Source: Octopus vulgaris (taxonomy: Eukaryota). Taken from it: DNA of 64,000 bases. The translations under genes were made by a program, and so were the position numbers. Positions 63,110-64,000 of this stretch are shown here, one piece after another. Numbering within the stretch: the stretch's first letter is position 1; the number at the start of each line of letters is the position of its first letter. The stretch is from positions 52,886,001 through 52,950,000 of the forward strand of contig OX597817.1 in the NCBI GenBank assembly GCA_951406725.2, in the 5' to 3' direction. Below the pieces are notes generated by a model that did no database searches, had not been told where the DNA came from, and saw only the letters and a list, made by a program, of their open reading frames with translations.

Positions 63110-63665
63110 GCTCTGATGTGGTACCAGGCAGTGGCTCTCATGGCTTCTCACCTCAACTGATTGGAAGTATTATCATGTACATTGTTTTGTCTTGATATAA
63201 AAGATGGGCTACAGCAAATGTTCTGCTCAATACCACAGATTTGCTTGTCAGTTGCTAGATCTTAATCAGTTGAGCATGTCCCTTAGTGGCTGATGATATG
63301 TGCATCTCTGACCATGAGCAGAAGTAGTGGGGGAGCATTGTAGCCGTGTGTTGAGAGGAATTCTTGGAGGTTTGGATAATTCACCTCTGGAAACATGGGT
63401 GTTTTCGTTCAACATCCTTAAACAACTCTTATTCAGGGACCTTTTGAGTGGGATGGGCTACTTGACCCGATGAAAATTTTAACTGGGCCCCACCTGCAAG
63501 GTCACGTGCTGTTTATCTTGATATGAGATCACCATGTCTCGCACACATGGTTGTGATGCATGTGCCTGGTGTACCCTTATCAGATGGGTGGTCATGATGG
63601 GTATACTGGGCTTCGTATATTTTACCCTAGTGTCACATTGATAGCATGCACTGCTCTCTCACCCA
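63110..63665 (+). mobile_element. Second full copy of the (AAT)n-embedded repeat
   Basis: Colinear with 7285-7840 and flanked by (AAT)n on both sides. Confidence 0.8.
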
Positions 63666-64000
63666 ATAATAATAATAATAATAATAATAGTAATAATAAT
63701 AATAGTGATGATGATAATAATAATAATAATAATAATAATAATAGTGATGTGATTTCAAAATTTGGCAATAATAGTAATAGTGGATAAAATTTGAGTGTTG
63801 AGAGAGCTTGTTACTGATTATACTAATAATCAAATACATTCCATCCATGACCATCCCATCTATTTATATCAGGTATATCATGTGTCCTTTATTTTAAGGT
63901 TTTGGGATGTGGTTAGAGGTTGCATTTGACTGCTATTTCTAGCAGTTCAAGGGACCATATAATTGTGTGCAGACAGAATAGTCTAGTTAGAAAGGTGTGT

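Overview
This is a eukaryotic, AT-rich, repeat-saturated window. Its SINE and microsatellite landscape looks like a coleoid cephalopod (Octopus-type) genome, which is an inference from repeat families only. Almost all ORFs in the supplied track are microsatellite or repeat artefacts. Real coding signal is limited to decayed transposon fragments and one probable host first coding exon (31630-31800, + strand, GTAAGA donor). The fragments are Ty3/Gypsy gag and integrase, an RTE endonuclease and RT pieces, a CR1/L2-group RT, a Penelope-like RT, a Tc1/mariner transposase and an R4/Dong-like C-terminus. The exon sits behind a cluster of M-box/CLEAR-like and CRE palindromes, and the rest of the window is probably that gene's intron. 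Non-coding highlights: (i) an apparently intact type-I hammerhead ribozyme with a long helix II (43777-43884, -), plus two decayed minimal hammerheads in a second repeat family; (ii) an RTE LINE with a PHD-like finger inside its RT region and a 3' UTR carrying a copy-variable array of ~60-nt hairpin modules, dispersed as 12 or more ORF-less copies; (iii) a 5'-truncated U6 snRNA copy abutting a tRNA-derived SINE head; (iv) a LINE-SINE pair sharing a 3' tail; (v) (TAA)n-embedded retroelements and several MITE families with readable TSDs. No CRISPR or prokaryotic system is supported. Boundaries of decayed elements are approximate.
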